A DNA stretch of 64,000 bases from Macrostomum lignano (lineage: Eukaryota). The stretch lies in NCBI GenBank assembly GCA_002269645.1, contig NIVC01000390.1, forward strand, positions 124,001 to 188,000, given 5' to 3'. The position numbers were made by a program, and so were the translations under genes. Positions 27,047 to 38,600 of the stretch are shown here, piece after piece (positions within the stretch are counted from its first letter, which is position 1; every line of letters starts with the position of its first letter). The notes below the pieces were generated by a model. That model was not told the DNA's origin, did not search any database, and saw only the letters and a list, made by a program, of their open reading frames with translations.

Positions 27047-27156
27047 ACTGCAACGGACCATTGTGAGCCTCGGCTTCACCAAGGTTGACGAGAGCATGGC
27101 CGACTGCATAGTGCCGGAGGAGAGCAAACTGAACTGGGCGCTGCTCACTTCCAAGG
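27047..27156 (+). CDS. TTLL10: TTLL10-like glycylase, exon 2
   Basis: cag|A...G|gtact; LQRTIVSLGFTKVDE..LNWALL resembles the TTL N-terminal segment. Confidence 0.75.
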
Positions 27157-27494
27157 GTACTGATCCGCCCAGTGAGTTGATAACTTCATTTTAGGACCTC
27201 CAGATCCCATCTCCTGTTGATATACTGTTCTCTTCCCAGATCCCAGTTCCTGTTGAGACTTTTCTTCCCTACGATCATATCTCACATGAGACACTTTCCT
27301 CGTCCTGATCCTGTTTCCCCTATGAGATTTTTCTTATCTAGATCTGCATACACAACCGGAAAGACTTTCCTCACCCAGATCCCATCTTCTTTTGAGACGC
27401 TTTCCTATTCCATACCCTGTCTCTCATCTGCTGCATCGATTCCTATGGATTCTTTGCGGTAGAGTTAGAACTTCAAATTCAATTGCTCACGCAG

Positions 27495-27707
27495 GCGGTC
27501 CCAGCTACATGATCATGAAACCATTCGTCAGCCGTATGTACAGCATGTGCAGCAAGTGGCAGCTGGTGCAGTCCCTCCGCATTGCCGATCAGAGGATGCA
27601 GCAGCATCATCAAAGCTTTTTAACCGGCTCGGGCAATCTGTTCAGCCCGCAAGAGTTCATACCGAATACCATTAACCTAAACAGTCCTAATCTGGAGAAT
27701 GATCTGG
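27495..27707 (+). CDS. TTLL10: TTLL10-like glycylase, exon 3
   Basis: cag|GC...G|gtgag, phase 1/1; MCSKWQL..FIPNTINL. Confidence 0.8.
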
Positions 27708-27800
27708 GTGAGAAAGTTATCCAAATATAACTTTTGTAGCATTCTTGTGTATAGCTTGTATGTCTCAAAAAAAAGTATATTTTTGACGAAAAAATTACAG

Positions 27801-27837
27801 CAAGTCAGCCTGGGGTCTACTTAGCTAAGCCTGCTCG
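27801..27837 (+). CDS. TTLL10: TTLL10-like glycylase, exon 4 (37 bp, YLAKP motif)
   Basis: tacag|CA...CG|gtaagt supplies the x-x-K-P ATP-grasp motif before GSMG. Confidence 0.8.
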
Positions 27838-28267
27838 GTAAGTTGCAGTTCATTTGTAGCCATTGTAGCTATGTACTGTAAAAACACATTGTACAGTATA
27901 AAATAAGTCTTGGTTAGTTACTAGCTACATGTATTAAGTCATAACAGTCATTTTTACGTGGTGCTTTCACAATCCCCAAATTTCTTGTAGCTCGTAAAAG
28001 CTCTTTCGATACAAATTACAACACAAATGGACGTTGCGCATACATTTCCGGAGGCTGCATCATAAATTAATTGCATTAAAATTTTTTGAATGTCAAGTTT
28101 TAGCCTCATTAAGTTGCATCACATAGAAGTTTGTGAATTTGGATTGGATGCTGAAGTTTGGGGATTGTGAATTTATGGGTCCCTATTAGTATTTCACAAC
28201 CCGGGTGTAATAGAGAAACATCTGATGTAATGTGAAACATCCCAATTTTTACTATTAATTTCCGTAG

Positions 28268-29099
28268 TGGCAGCATGGGCGAACACATGCAGCTGGTTCG
28301 AATTCGCAGCAATCGAGTCCAGGAGGACCTACTCAGCTTCCTCTTGTCCAGCGAATTCACACACATGCACCGCTCCCAGGTGATTCTGCAGCAATATATC
28401 GAACGACCGCTGCTAATTGACAAGCGCAAATTCGACATGCGCGTCTACATGCTTGTTGTGAATCCGAAGCGCGGCAGCGGAACGGGCGACAGGCCCAAAC
28501 AGTCCGGCTACTTCGCCTTCCATCATCCAGGCTTCATCCGGCTCTGCTCAGAGCCCTACGATCCCGAGCATGCCGACATCGCTGTGCACCTTACCAATCA
28601 GAGCATCCAAGCGAAAAAAGTGGACACTTTCCGACGCTTGAAAGAAGTGACGACTTGGTATCCGGATGAGTTAAACGATTATCTCAACAAGAGGCGACGC
28701 ACTAATTGCAAGGATTGGGCGAAGGACGTTCTGTACCCGAAGGTGGGCGCCATTCTCGGCTACATCGCGGCTGTGTATCGCACCCATATGGACGACCGAA
28801 ATTGTCGCACCAGCACTTTTCGCATCCTTGGCGTGGACCTATTGGTGGACGAAAAGCTCAGATTGTACTTGCTCGAATTCAACGAACTGCCAGCCTGGGG
28901 CCTGCAAACCTCCGTTCTTGTCAGCATCAAGCCGAACCTGTGGCTCGAGGCGATCTCACTAGTCAGCGAAGTAGCTGTGCGTTACAAGGCCTATTTGCCT
29001 ATTGACGATGAGCACTTGGTGACTAGGCAAAACTTCCGCCTAGCCTACACTTCTGAAGATGTTAATTTTGCAAGAAGAAACATCGCTGCCCTTTATTGA
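28268..29099 (+). CDS. TTLL10: TTLL10-like glycylase, terminal exon (catalytic core)
   Basis: QQYIERPLLIDKRKFDMRVY, HLTNQSIQ, DWAKDVL and GVDLLVD..LLEFN motifs follow the TTLL10 pattern. The joined CDS is 1452 bp (483 aa). Confidence 0.88.
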
Positions 29100-31226
29100 G
29101 CACATAGAACACACGACATTATGCACCGCTTTACATTTATGATCATTCTTTTCTGCTTTGTACATGTATTTGTCTTAGATCTTTTAAATATTATTACGAG
29201 TATATAAAAGTTATATTGTCATGAAACTGATGTTGCTGTCCGCTGGAGCAAACTTTTGTCTTGAAAAGTATTAACGCTACTGCTACTAAACAGAGCATCA
29301 AATCGTTTAAAGTTTAAAGAGCATAACATTCTGATAACTTCTGCGATGATGAAGTGTACCTTTTTGGTGTTGTGTAATGAGCAATTGTTACAAAAGGAAC
29401 CATGCTTTTTGGTTCCTAACTCTATACTTTTCAGCCATCCGCAACCAGCTTGAGTAGACTCCAAAAATATAAAACGACCACCTATAATGAAAAGTGAGGA
29501 TTTTAAGAATCACGTTTACAAATGAAACCGAAACTTCAAATGCAAGTTTCGTTCGTAGTGGTTCGTTGATATAATTGTTTTTATTATTCTTCATGCCGTC
29601 TTTTCCATCCCTCCTGTAACTCCTGTAGCTCGTAACCCTGGAGCGGCAACTGCCATATATACGCCAGTAGTAGCGCTAGCAGAAATTTGCTGAGGGGGAG
29701 CGGATTCTGGAGGGTACTTGCATCTTGAGGGGTCCTTCGAATAACTCGAAAAAGGAGCAGACTTGTTCGCGGCTGAGGTGTCAATTTGTCAATTTGACTG
29801 TCAAAAGTTGTTCTCCTTCTTAAACGGGGGTGGAAAGCCTGCGGCTTACCGCGGATCAGCCCGAAGGGGGCTCTACCGCAGGGATCTGTCAGTGGGCCAT
29901 ACCACCAGGGGCATGTAGCCCGAGAGGCCACGATTGGGACCAGAGCTCAGGACTCTGGTGAGAACATGGAGTATTGGTGCTACTAACCTAAACCTACGGT
30001 ACAAGACTCCACTCCTGCGTGAATCTAGGAGTCCATGGCTAGCCGAAGCCAGGCCAATCGGATTGCGCACAACCCTAAGACAAGCTACCAGAGAGGCAGC
30101 CAGGGTAGAAACAGTCAGAGACCGTCTTTACGGTTTTACGGTCTTCCTGCCTGGACGGTAGGAAGACCTTAAAAGTAAAAAGTAAAATTAAAAGTTGTTA
30201 TGGTTTTGTGAATGCAGAGTGAAGAGTAAGGTCACGGTTTAGAAGCCGCTATATTCACATGTGGTGCACGCATATGTAGTTTCTTGCTTTTCGTAGAGCA
30301 CACCATAAAAATCGACAAAGAAAACCTTAAATCTAAACATTATGCGTTAGGCAAGCTTTGAATTTAAGCAAGAAACAAAGTTCATTGCATAGCAAGTGAA
30401 AAGCTGCAGGTATATATTATATGAATCTGTTAATATACGAGTAGTATATTTATACCTGCTGCAGCTACCTGGATATATATAGGACAGAATAGAAAGAAAA
30501 GATGGTACATATAAAATACCATATGTATTCTTCATTGCTACTGAACTGAAAGTAGAAAGCAGACGTTTTACAAACTATATGTGCCTGAGTGGCCCATCTA
30601 CTTCAAGTAGTTATTCTAGCTAGTATCTTTGGTTTGGATATACGAATATATTACATGTATAGCTACTGCAAAGCCTTCAAAATGTACGACTGCAAATGAC
30701 GCAATGCACAAGTTATTATGAAATATCCAAAAAGTAGTTTTCTTTTCTATTTAACGCACGATGCATCCTTTTTATCGCTAAGATGTGAGCAAAAATAATG
30801 CAGAAAATTTGCTCAGATTATTTCCGCTGGTATAAAAACGATACACTATACACTGTTTATAATATCTATTTAATACCATCATTATAGTGTGAGAGTTTGA
30901 CTTATAAAATTACATAATTAAAAAAAGATATTTAATTCATCACTCTTTGAAAATGTAACCTCAAGAATAAAATGTAAGCATAAAAGTCATGCTCAAATTT
31001 CTTTTGCTGAGCCAAACTGTCACACTATAATGATGTTTTTAAATATTTACGCGTAGATGCATGAACTTTGTTTTAGTTTTTAGTTACTCTTAAGACTAGA
31101 AAAAAATTACCTGGGACTATATATGAAGTAACTTGTTTCAACTAATTGTTTTGTATTATATTGTATTGAAATATAATATAATTATAAATTTATATTGAAG
31201 AGAGGGTGTGTAAGGAAACTTTCTTT

Positions 31227-31399
31227 CAGTAGCGCAACCAGAAATTTTTTGAGGGGGGGGCGGATTCTGGAGGGTATAAAGTCACGGGAGGGGGGCGGAG
31301 GGGTGGCTCTGTTTTTGGCACAAATTCGCTTGGTCCCCATTTGATTTTTTTGGGTCTCCGCCTAAAAGAGGGGGGGGGCGGGAGGCGGTTGCGCCACTG
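31227..31399. mobile_element. Short MITE with 13-bp TIRs CAGT(A/G)GCGCAACC; a related left end lies near 29667
   Basis: TIRs seen directly; no clear TSD. Confidence 0.55.
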
Positions 31400-31766
31400 C
31401 CTTTGCCTTAGTGTATTTTCAAAGGACTTCGGTCTTCGAAAGCATGGATGTGCTTTTGAATTTTATATACGTGCATAAGTTTTATTTGCGCGCTAAAATT
31501 ACTAACGAAAAAATTACAATAAAATGTAAAATTATCATTAAAAAATAATATAATTTAAAGATTAATTGCAATTTCAATGCTTTTTTATTTATTTTTAGGT
31601 GCAATTGAAGCAAAAATGTTTTTACTTTGTTTATACACTAACTATTTAGACGCAATCCGGAGTGAAAAATAATTTAAATTTCGGAACTGAACCGAGAACC
31701 GAAGATTTGGCCGGTCATATAAGATTGATTGATTGATTATGACATTCATTTTTGATTGATAATGGG

Positions 31767-33665
31767 GTCTTTTAGAGTAGTTATACATTAACAGATTCTT
31801 GAATTGAATGCTATATTTCTAGATATAATTTTAATTTCCTCTAAATAAAATACAACCAATTAAAATGCAACACTGCAAAGGCAGCAGCAATGGCAAGGCC
31901 TAATATTAATATAGCTTAAAGTATAGCTCAAGACACTTCCCTCACAGTCAAAACACAAGTGGGCCTAACTTTGTAATGTGATGTTAGACCTTTGACAATA
32001 AAGAAGCAGAAATAGACCTAAAAATAATAAATAATATTGGCAATAATTAATAGATTTAATTATAGGCCCCTAGGCCTAATCAATGCAATTATATAATAAT
32101 ATTAATTAATAATTATTGTTGCAAATATTAGACTACTTTTAGGTAGGCCTTTGCACATCAGCACATGGCCTAAATCCTAATTATAAGTATAAATAGGCTG
32201 TAGTATACTTTACTAATAGCCTAGTATGGCCGTGTAGGAGGGGTAATTAAGCTAAGTTGGGAATCCTACAATTGCCCCCAAGTTGTGGTAGTGCTCTAAG
32301 GTTAAAAACTTTATCCTAATAGCTGACACCAAGTTGTTGTAGGTAATTCTTATGCTTATTCATAATTTCACTGCTGCTACCAAGTTGTACTGGGGTGAAA
32401 TTTGCTATAATTCTAGAATTTCATAAGATTAGCCATCAGATTTGTTATAAACTACTAAAATATGGTGTCACGGAATTAAGATTATGGGCTTTCACATAAG
32501 CATGGATCGCCCTGGTAGTGCACAGTGCCCGAGCGGCAAGACACTGGTTAGCTAGGGGAGAGAGGGTGACTAAGTCCTAAAGCAGTGCCCTTCAATGGAT
32601 CAAGGTTGCCCGAATGCCCGGTGAATTTCAGTTTCCTCTTATGGATTTGCTCTTGTCATATACAACTTTCCATTGGCTGTTCAGTTCAAATGGTTCTATT
32701 GGGATATTTCTCCCTCTCCAATGGGCTCTCTATGCCTTTACTGTTCATGGTTCCGCTATTGGTTTTTAGACTGATCGTCTTAAGCTTTTGGTAATTTCTA
32801 CCTAGCCAATGAGCATTTGCTCTTTATTCTTGACAAATAAGGAAGGCTTAAGTAAAATTCGCTTATTCAGTTTGTTAGGCAGATAGCGTTGAACCAAAAA
32901 CTCGGTTGCCTCTCTGGGCGCTGAATTCACGTCTATTTATACTAACCAAAAAGAGGGGGAGGGGGAGGAAGAACGTATTCAAACAAATATCTACCAAAAA
33001 TGCAGTCACTAACAAAAATGGCGGGGATTCAAAATAATCCCTTTCTCACTAGGTCTATTATAGGCCTACTATAATAATGGTATTGATAATTGATAATAAT
33101 TGATAATAATAAACTGATAATAATATATATAATAAATTATAATAAATAATAAATAATATATAAATTGATAATAATATAAAATGTAATTATACTCCTTAAT
33201 TTTTTGGCCCTATTGGAAATATAGAGAGCTTGCGTACACAGCAGCCATCCACCCAGTGTTTTAATTGCATGCACAGTAGCCAGCAGATTGGCAAATAGTG
33301 AATTGCAAATTGGACCTTTTCCCTCAAATCTGCACTTTGTTACTTATTGAACTTTTTAAATAATTTATTACTTGTTTTATCCCATGTTACCCATGTATAA
33401 TGCAATCTCAAATTAAGATGCAGCTGTTGTGCAAGCAATTAAAACACTGGGTGGACGGCTATTGTGCATGTAAGCTCTTTGTTTTAAATCAGTGTTAACC
33501 CTATTCATTAGAGCAAAAATTTAAGTTTAAGTATATAGATAATTAGATCCTTGACATTTAGCTACACAATATTATATTAGGCCTATAGGAACATATTTTC
33601 ATTGTTTATTAGCTTTATCTAGGCTTAACTATTTTTATTAGCTTTCTTATTTTTTTTAATATAAG
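31767..33665 (+). repeat. 1.9-kb genomic flank X, duplicated at 41837-43735 (offset 10070)
   Basis: Near-identical copies; about 4 substitutions noticed (e.g. CATGG/CGTGG, GCTTATTCAG/GCTTTTTTTG). Confidence 0.92.
32233..33048 (-). mobile_element. Solo LTR D (same lineage, older) inside flank X; second copy at 42303-43118
   Basis: Minus-strand GTATAAATAGAC TATA box, CCGCTCGGGC block and PBS-repeat array with 51,51,51,57-bp spacing. TSD not resolved, so ends are approximate. Confidence 0.7.
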
Positions 33666-34531
33666 TGAGACAGGCATTAATAATAGCTCTAATACTTTTA
33701 AATTTTACTCGTTTTATGTTTGCCTTTCTTAGAAAAACCTTTATTCAAATCTGCGCGAAATATTTGTTTGAATGTTGTGGTTTGCAAAAATATTTCTGCA
33801 ATTATTATTTTGTTTAAACTATAACGAATTTTGGGTATAAATAGACACGCTGAGCAGACTTGAGGAAGCAACCGTTTGCTGCCTCTCGGTTTTCGATAAG
33901 CAAATTTAGTTCGTTCTAAATATTGAAATCGCTTAAAGACTTAATCATTTCTTAGAGTATAAGAACCCCAATTGGGAGTATCAGAAACCGCTACAAGCGA
34001 GAAACCGCCTCAGGGCAGTAAATTGTAAATTCGCCTCAGGGCAGGAGAACCGCCTCATAACGAGAGAAGATCGCCTCAGGGCAGAGAAAGAGCATAAGCT
34101 GTGACCCTCTGATCCAGGGAACGCCCAGGACTGAGAGAATAATATTAGGGGAAGCATAGGAATAGAATAGACAGTGCTATTAGACCGCTCAGGCTAGAAA
34201 GTACAATAGAAGTACATACGCTACCAATAGAAGTACATACGCTACCGATAGAAGTACATGCGCTACCAGTAGAAAGACAATTAATAACCAGTAGAATTAT
34301 TAAGGAGAAATAGCTTTATTACAACTTTGGGTGGCATTTAGGATTCTCAGTGTACAGGGAAGAGCACTGTGACAACTTGGTTACAGCGGTAGGATTTTGT
34401 ATTGTACGGGAAACCCCTAGCACAACTTGGTGACATAACGGTGGAATTCTTATAGAGAGCCAAAAGGCCTGTAACAACTTTGGTGGCAGCTAGTAAGGCT
34501 AGCAAAAGGAATAATTAAGAGCCCTACGACA
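33666..34531 (+). repeat. Element A 5' LTR
   Basis: TG..CA ends, preceded by TAAG; TATA box GGTATAAATAG near 33835; followed by the PBS. Confidence 0.9.
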
Positions 34532-34536
34532 GCTTT

Positions 34537-34547
34537 TGGTGGCAGCG
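34537..34547 (+). promoter_or_regulatory. Element A primer-binding site, 11-nt match to the tRNA-Leu(AAG/TAG) 3' end
   Basis: TGGTGGCAGCG lies 5 nt after the LTR end. Confidence 0.8.
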
Positions 34548-34661
34548 TAAAGGATCAGAGAAACGGCGCGAATTAGATCAGAGAAACGGCGAGATTTAGA
34601 TCAGAGAAACGGCAAAAACCTTAGAAGACTAGAGAAATAGCAGAACCTGACAAGATCAGAG

Positions 34662-35687
34662 ATGGCCAACGCAAATGATGCGATTGCGATGCTAGCTGAA
34701 GAGCTAAGAAACAGGTTAGAGTTAGGACCACAAAGGCATGTGAAAATTCAGAAATTCACGCCAGGTCAAGATATTAGGATCTGGTTGACTGCCTTCGACC
34801 AGCGCTGTGAAGCTGAGGGTATCGAAGAGGATAACCGGAAGCAAGAGCTTCTCGCGAACCTCGACCTGGCTACTGCATTCGCAGCAGTTCAGCGTTTGAA
34901 CCTCCCAGATGATCTGGAGTACGAAGAATTTAAAGAAAGACTTGTAGAACGCTTTGGCAGAATTGGCAGTTCAGCAGAGTTTAGGGAAGAATTTAGAGGC
35001 CGAATGCAAGGCAGAAATGAGTTAGTAGAATCGTACACCGATTGTCTAATTGAGCTAGCTTCGCGAGCCTTCCCAAACATGACTGTGGAACAGCGGGAAG
35101 AGGAGATCGTGGAACAGTTCATCAAGGGTGTGAGAGTTCCACCTGAAACCCGCGAGAAACTGATCTTCGCTCAGCCAGCTAATCTGCAGGAAGCCAGAAG
35201 AATGCTGAGGAGAATGGAAGCAGCCTGGAACATGTCACGTAGGAATTCAGGCATGAGAGTAGCTAAGAGCGAGGAAGAACAAGAACAGCAGAGGAAGGCT
35301 GAACAAGAAAGACTGGAAGAGATCATTAGGAAGCAGAAGTTCGAGATTGAACAGCAGAAGAGAGCTTTGCAGGAGCTAAGAGAGGAGAAGATGCAGAATA
35401 ATCAGCAGCAGTTTTCGCAAAATTATTCGTACGCTCAGGCAGCCAGGCAGTATCCACAGAGATACCAGCCCCAGCAGCCGCAGCCCGTTCCGCCACAGTA
35501 TGGCAATGGAGCGCAGGCGCGACAGCAAATGTTCGCCCGGCAGCAGCACCCAAACCAGGGTCAGCCGAGACAACAGTCGCAGACTTGCTATAACTGCGGG
35601 AAGATTGGCCACATTGCAAAGCAGTGCAGGAGTGCCAAGCAGAACGCTCCGCAGATGCAGAACCGCTCGAATAACCAGGGAAACTGA
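34662..35687 (+). CDS. gag: Element A Gag with CCHC zinc knuckle
   Basis: CYNCGKIGHIAKQC; the ORF ends in slippery site GGGAAAC-TGA. Confidence 0.93.
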   Translation: MANANDAIAMLAEELRNRLELGPQRHVKIQKFTPGQDIRIWLTAFDQRCEAEGIEEDNRKQELLANLDLATAFAAVQRLNLPDDLEYEEFKERLVERFGRIGSSAEFREEFRGRMQGRNELVESYTDCLIELASRAFPNMTVEQREEEIVEQFIKGVRVPPETREKLIFAQPANLQEARRMLRRMEAAWNMSRRNSGMRVAKSEEEQEQQRKAEQERLEEIIRKQKFEIEQQKRALQELREEKMQNNQQQFSQNYSYAQAARQYPQRYQPQQPQPVPPQYGNGAQARQQMFARQQHPNQGQPRQQSQTCYNCGKIGHIAKQCRSAKQNAPQMQNRSNNQGN

Positions 35688-38600
35688 GAAGCGAGGGCCG
35701 AATAACGAGGCCACGTCCCTCTAGCGAAATCCAGAGCAAAATTCAGGCCTCTGAATTTGTAAATAATGCATACAAAGTTAATAAGCAGTACAAGTACAAA
35801 TCATGCGAAAATTATAATAAGTTTAGAAAACCCAACAAAAAACATGCGAATGCACATACAGTACCGAATGTAAATACTACGCGTGCACCTGATTGCTTAC
35901 CCAAGAAAAGTACTCCGAAGCCAGAAGAGTACGTCAAGCTGAATGAAAGTGCAGAAGAAGAGACAAGTTTAGATGCCGGCACAGAGAAGAAAGGCCGAGA
36001 AGCAGTCATTGACGGAAAGATCCGCAAGCAGAATATTCGCTTTCTGTTAGACACAGGAGCCGGTCGTAACTTTCTAAGTAAAAGTACTTGGAGAAGAGTA
36101 TGTAGAGAACAAGAGATCAGGCCATCTGATCAAAGAGTGACCACATTCGATGGATCGATTGTGCGAATCGAAGGAGAAGTGACAATAAAGATAATGTTCG
36201 GAGAAGTAGAAATTGTGACCGACTTCCTGCTGTGCAACCATGAGTGTGATGATATCCTAGGAATGGATTTCTTTATGAACTTTTGCAAGAGTATGAGTTT
36301 TGACAAAGGAATGATGATTTTAAAAACTGGAGTTTGCATTCCGATGCAGTTTACTAAATTGCCGGTACGAGTGTGCCGAGTCTACTGTCACGACAAGGTA
36401 GTTGTGCCAGCTAATAGTGCTTTAAGAATACCAGTCAAACTAGCTAAACGAGCTGAAATGAACTTCGGTACGCCAATGATGATTGAGACCACCAAAGGAC
36501 ATATCTCAGTAAAAGATGACACACTGGATATGGTTCCAACCTTATTAACGATGAGTAATGGAACTGGTGTGGTAGAAGTGATCAATAGGCAGAATAACGA
36601 CGTAGTGATTAGGAAATCAGCAATGGTAGGCATTGCCAAACCATTAAAAGCCGAAGAACTGACGTACTTCGTTACCAAGAATGACACCGGACAAGTTAAA
36701 TCCGCGAAATGCGCTGAAACTGCTGATACTGATGAATGGATTCAGGAGATTAACATCTCAGATGAGCTATCATCAGAGCAGAAAGAAAAGGTAGTCGAGC
36801 TGCTGAAAGAGAATAGGGAAGCATTCTCGCAGACAAGCCAGGAGATGGGCCTCACTCATCTAGTGACCCACGAAATCTCGCTGAAGGATACGACGCCAGT
36901 CAGAATACCTACTCGCAGAATACCACCACATCTGCAGAAGCAAGTAGACGAACAGTTAGACGATATGCTCGCTAAAAATTTAATAAGGCCGTGCTATAGC
37001 ACTTATTCGACGCCATTAGTAATAGTGCCTAAGAAAGATGGAACTATTAGGATTGTCAGCGATTTCAGAGTCTTGAACTCTCGAGTTAACTACTATCCGT
37101 ATCCGTTGCCGAATATTCAGGAAACTTTCTCTCATCTAACGGGAAGTCAATATTTCAGTAGTTTAGACTTAAATTCAGGTTATTGGCAGGTACCAATTAA
37201 GGAAGAGGATAAATTCATGACAGCATTTTCGACTTTGACTAGGGGACAGTTCGAGTATCAGGTCATGGCGCAGGGACTATCTAATGCACCTGGAACATTC
37301 CAGAGACTAATGAACCTAGTATTGATGGGGATTCAACATAAATTCGCCATGTCGTACATTGACGACATAGTAACTTACTCAACGAAATTTGAGGATCACC
37401 TGGATCACCTACGAGAAGTGTTCCAGAGACTAGTAACAGCCGGATTAAAATTAAGGCCGAAGAAATGTAATCTATTTCAAAAAGAGCTTAAATATCTAGG
37501 ACACATAGTTGGTAGAGAAGGAATTAAGACAGATCCAGCTAAGATAGAAGCAATTCAGTCATGGCCGACGCCTAAGGACGTTAAAGAATTAAGAAGCTTC
37601 CTAGGTCTATGTAACTATTACTGTAGGTTCGTGAAGAATTACGCGGAAGCAGCGCACCCGCTCTTCCAGGCTCCAGCTAACTAAGAAGGGAATTCAGAAT
37701 TTTAGGGAGAAATGGACTAAGAGTCATGATGAAGCCTTTGCGCTACTAAAGCAGAAGATGACATCAACAGAAGTTTTAGCATACCCAGAGTTCACTGACA
37801 ATGAAGAAGTTCGAATGGTGCTTGACACCGACGCGAGTGATGACAGGATTGGGGCCTGCTTAGGTCAGATACAATCCGATGGAGTTGAAAGGCCCATCGC
37901 GTACTTTAGCAGAGCCATGAAGGAATCAGAAAAGAGGTATCCAATCACAAGAAAAGAATTGCTAGCATTAGTTGACGGAATGAAACACTTCCGATTCTAT
38001 CTTATCGGAAAGAGATTCCTGGCAAGAACAGATCATCGCGCTATCCTATGGCTACTTCGCCAGACTGAAGCGCAGGGAATCCTCGGTAGATGGATTGAGA
38101 GATTAAGTGAGTTTCAGTATGACATTGAACACCGCAGCGGTGCTAAACACACCAATGCAGACGGACTATCCAGACGACCCGCAGAAAGATTAGAAGATAA
38201 TCAGGAGACTAAGGCAGAAAAGTGCACTAAAGCTGAGATAGGTCCAGTACTTCCTACCGTTACGGTAAACCGAAGTCAGACCAATATCTCAAGCTGTAAG
38301 CACCAGAGCTGTCAGACTGATCCAATTAGAGAAGAAGTAGAAGACGATGAAGAGTACGAAGATGCAAGAGAATATTTCGAAGATGAAGAAGAAGAGTATG
38401 AGGACGCCAGCGATTACTTCGCTGATGATGAAGAAGTGTATGAGGATGCGGAAGAAAACGTTAGTGAGACCGCTTGTCGGAAACTCCTAACCGACTATCT
38501 CTTCGTCCCGCTTAAGAAGGAGCAGCTGACATCAGCTCAGCGTGACGACCCTTCTATGAGGACGCTGATAGCCTGGAAGGAGCAGAGTATCCGAGAGCCG

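Noticed and set aside
32585-32794. Duplicated 69-aa ORF (also at 42655-42864)
   Set aside because: Antisense reading of solo LTR D within the duplicated flank.
31767-34531. A 2.77-kb giant LTR for element A
   Set aside because: The repeat does not start with TG in the left copy. TAAG|TGAGACA at 33666 matches the TSD after 44601, so the true LTR is 866 bp and the rest is duplicated flank.
34317-34560. True CRISPR array
   Set aside because: Eukaryotic context, no cas genes, and the repeats are PBS/att-like and lie inside LTRs. The resemblance is architectural only.
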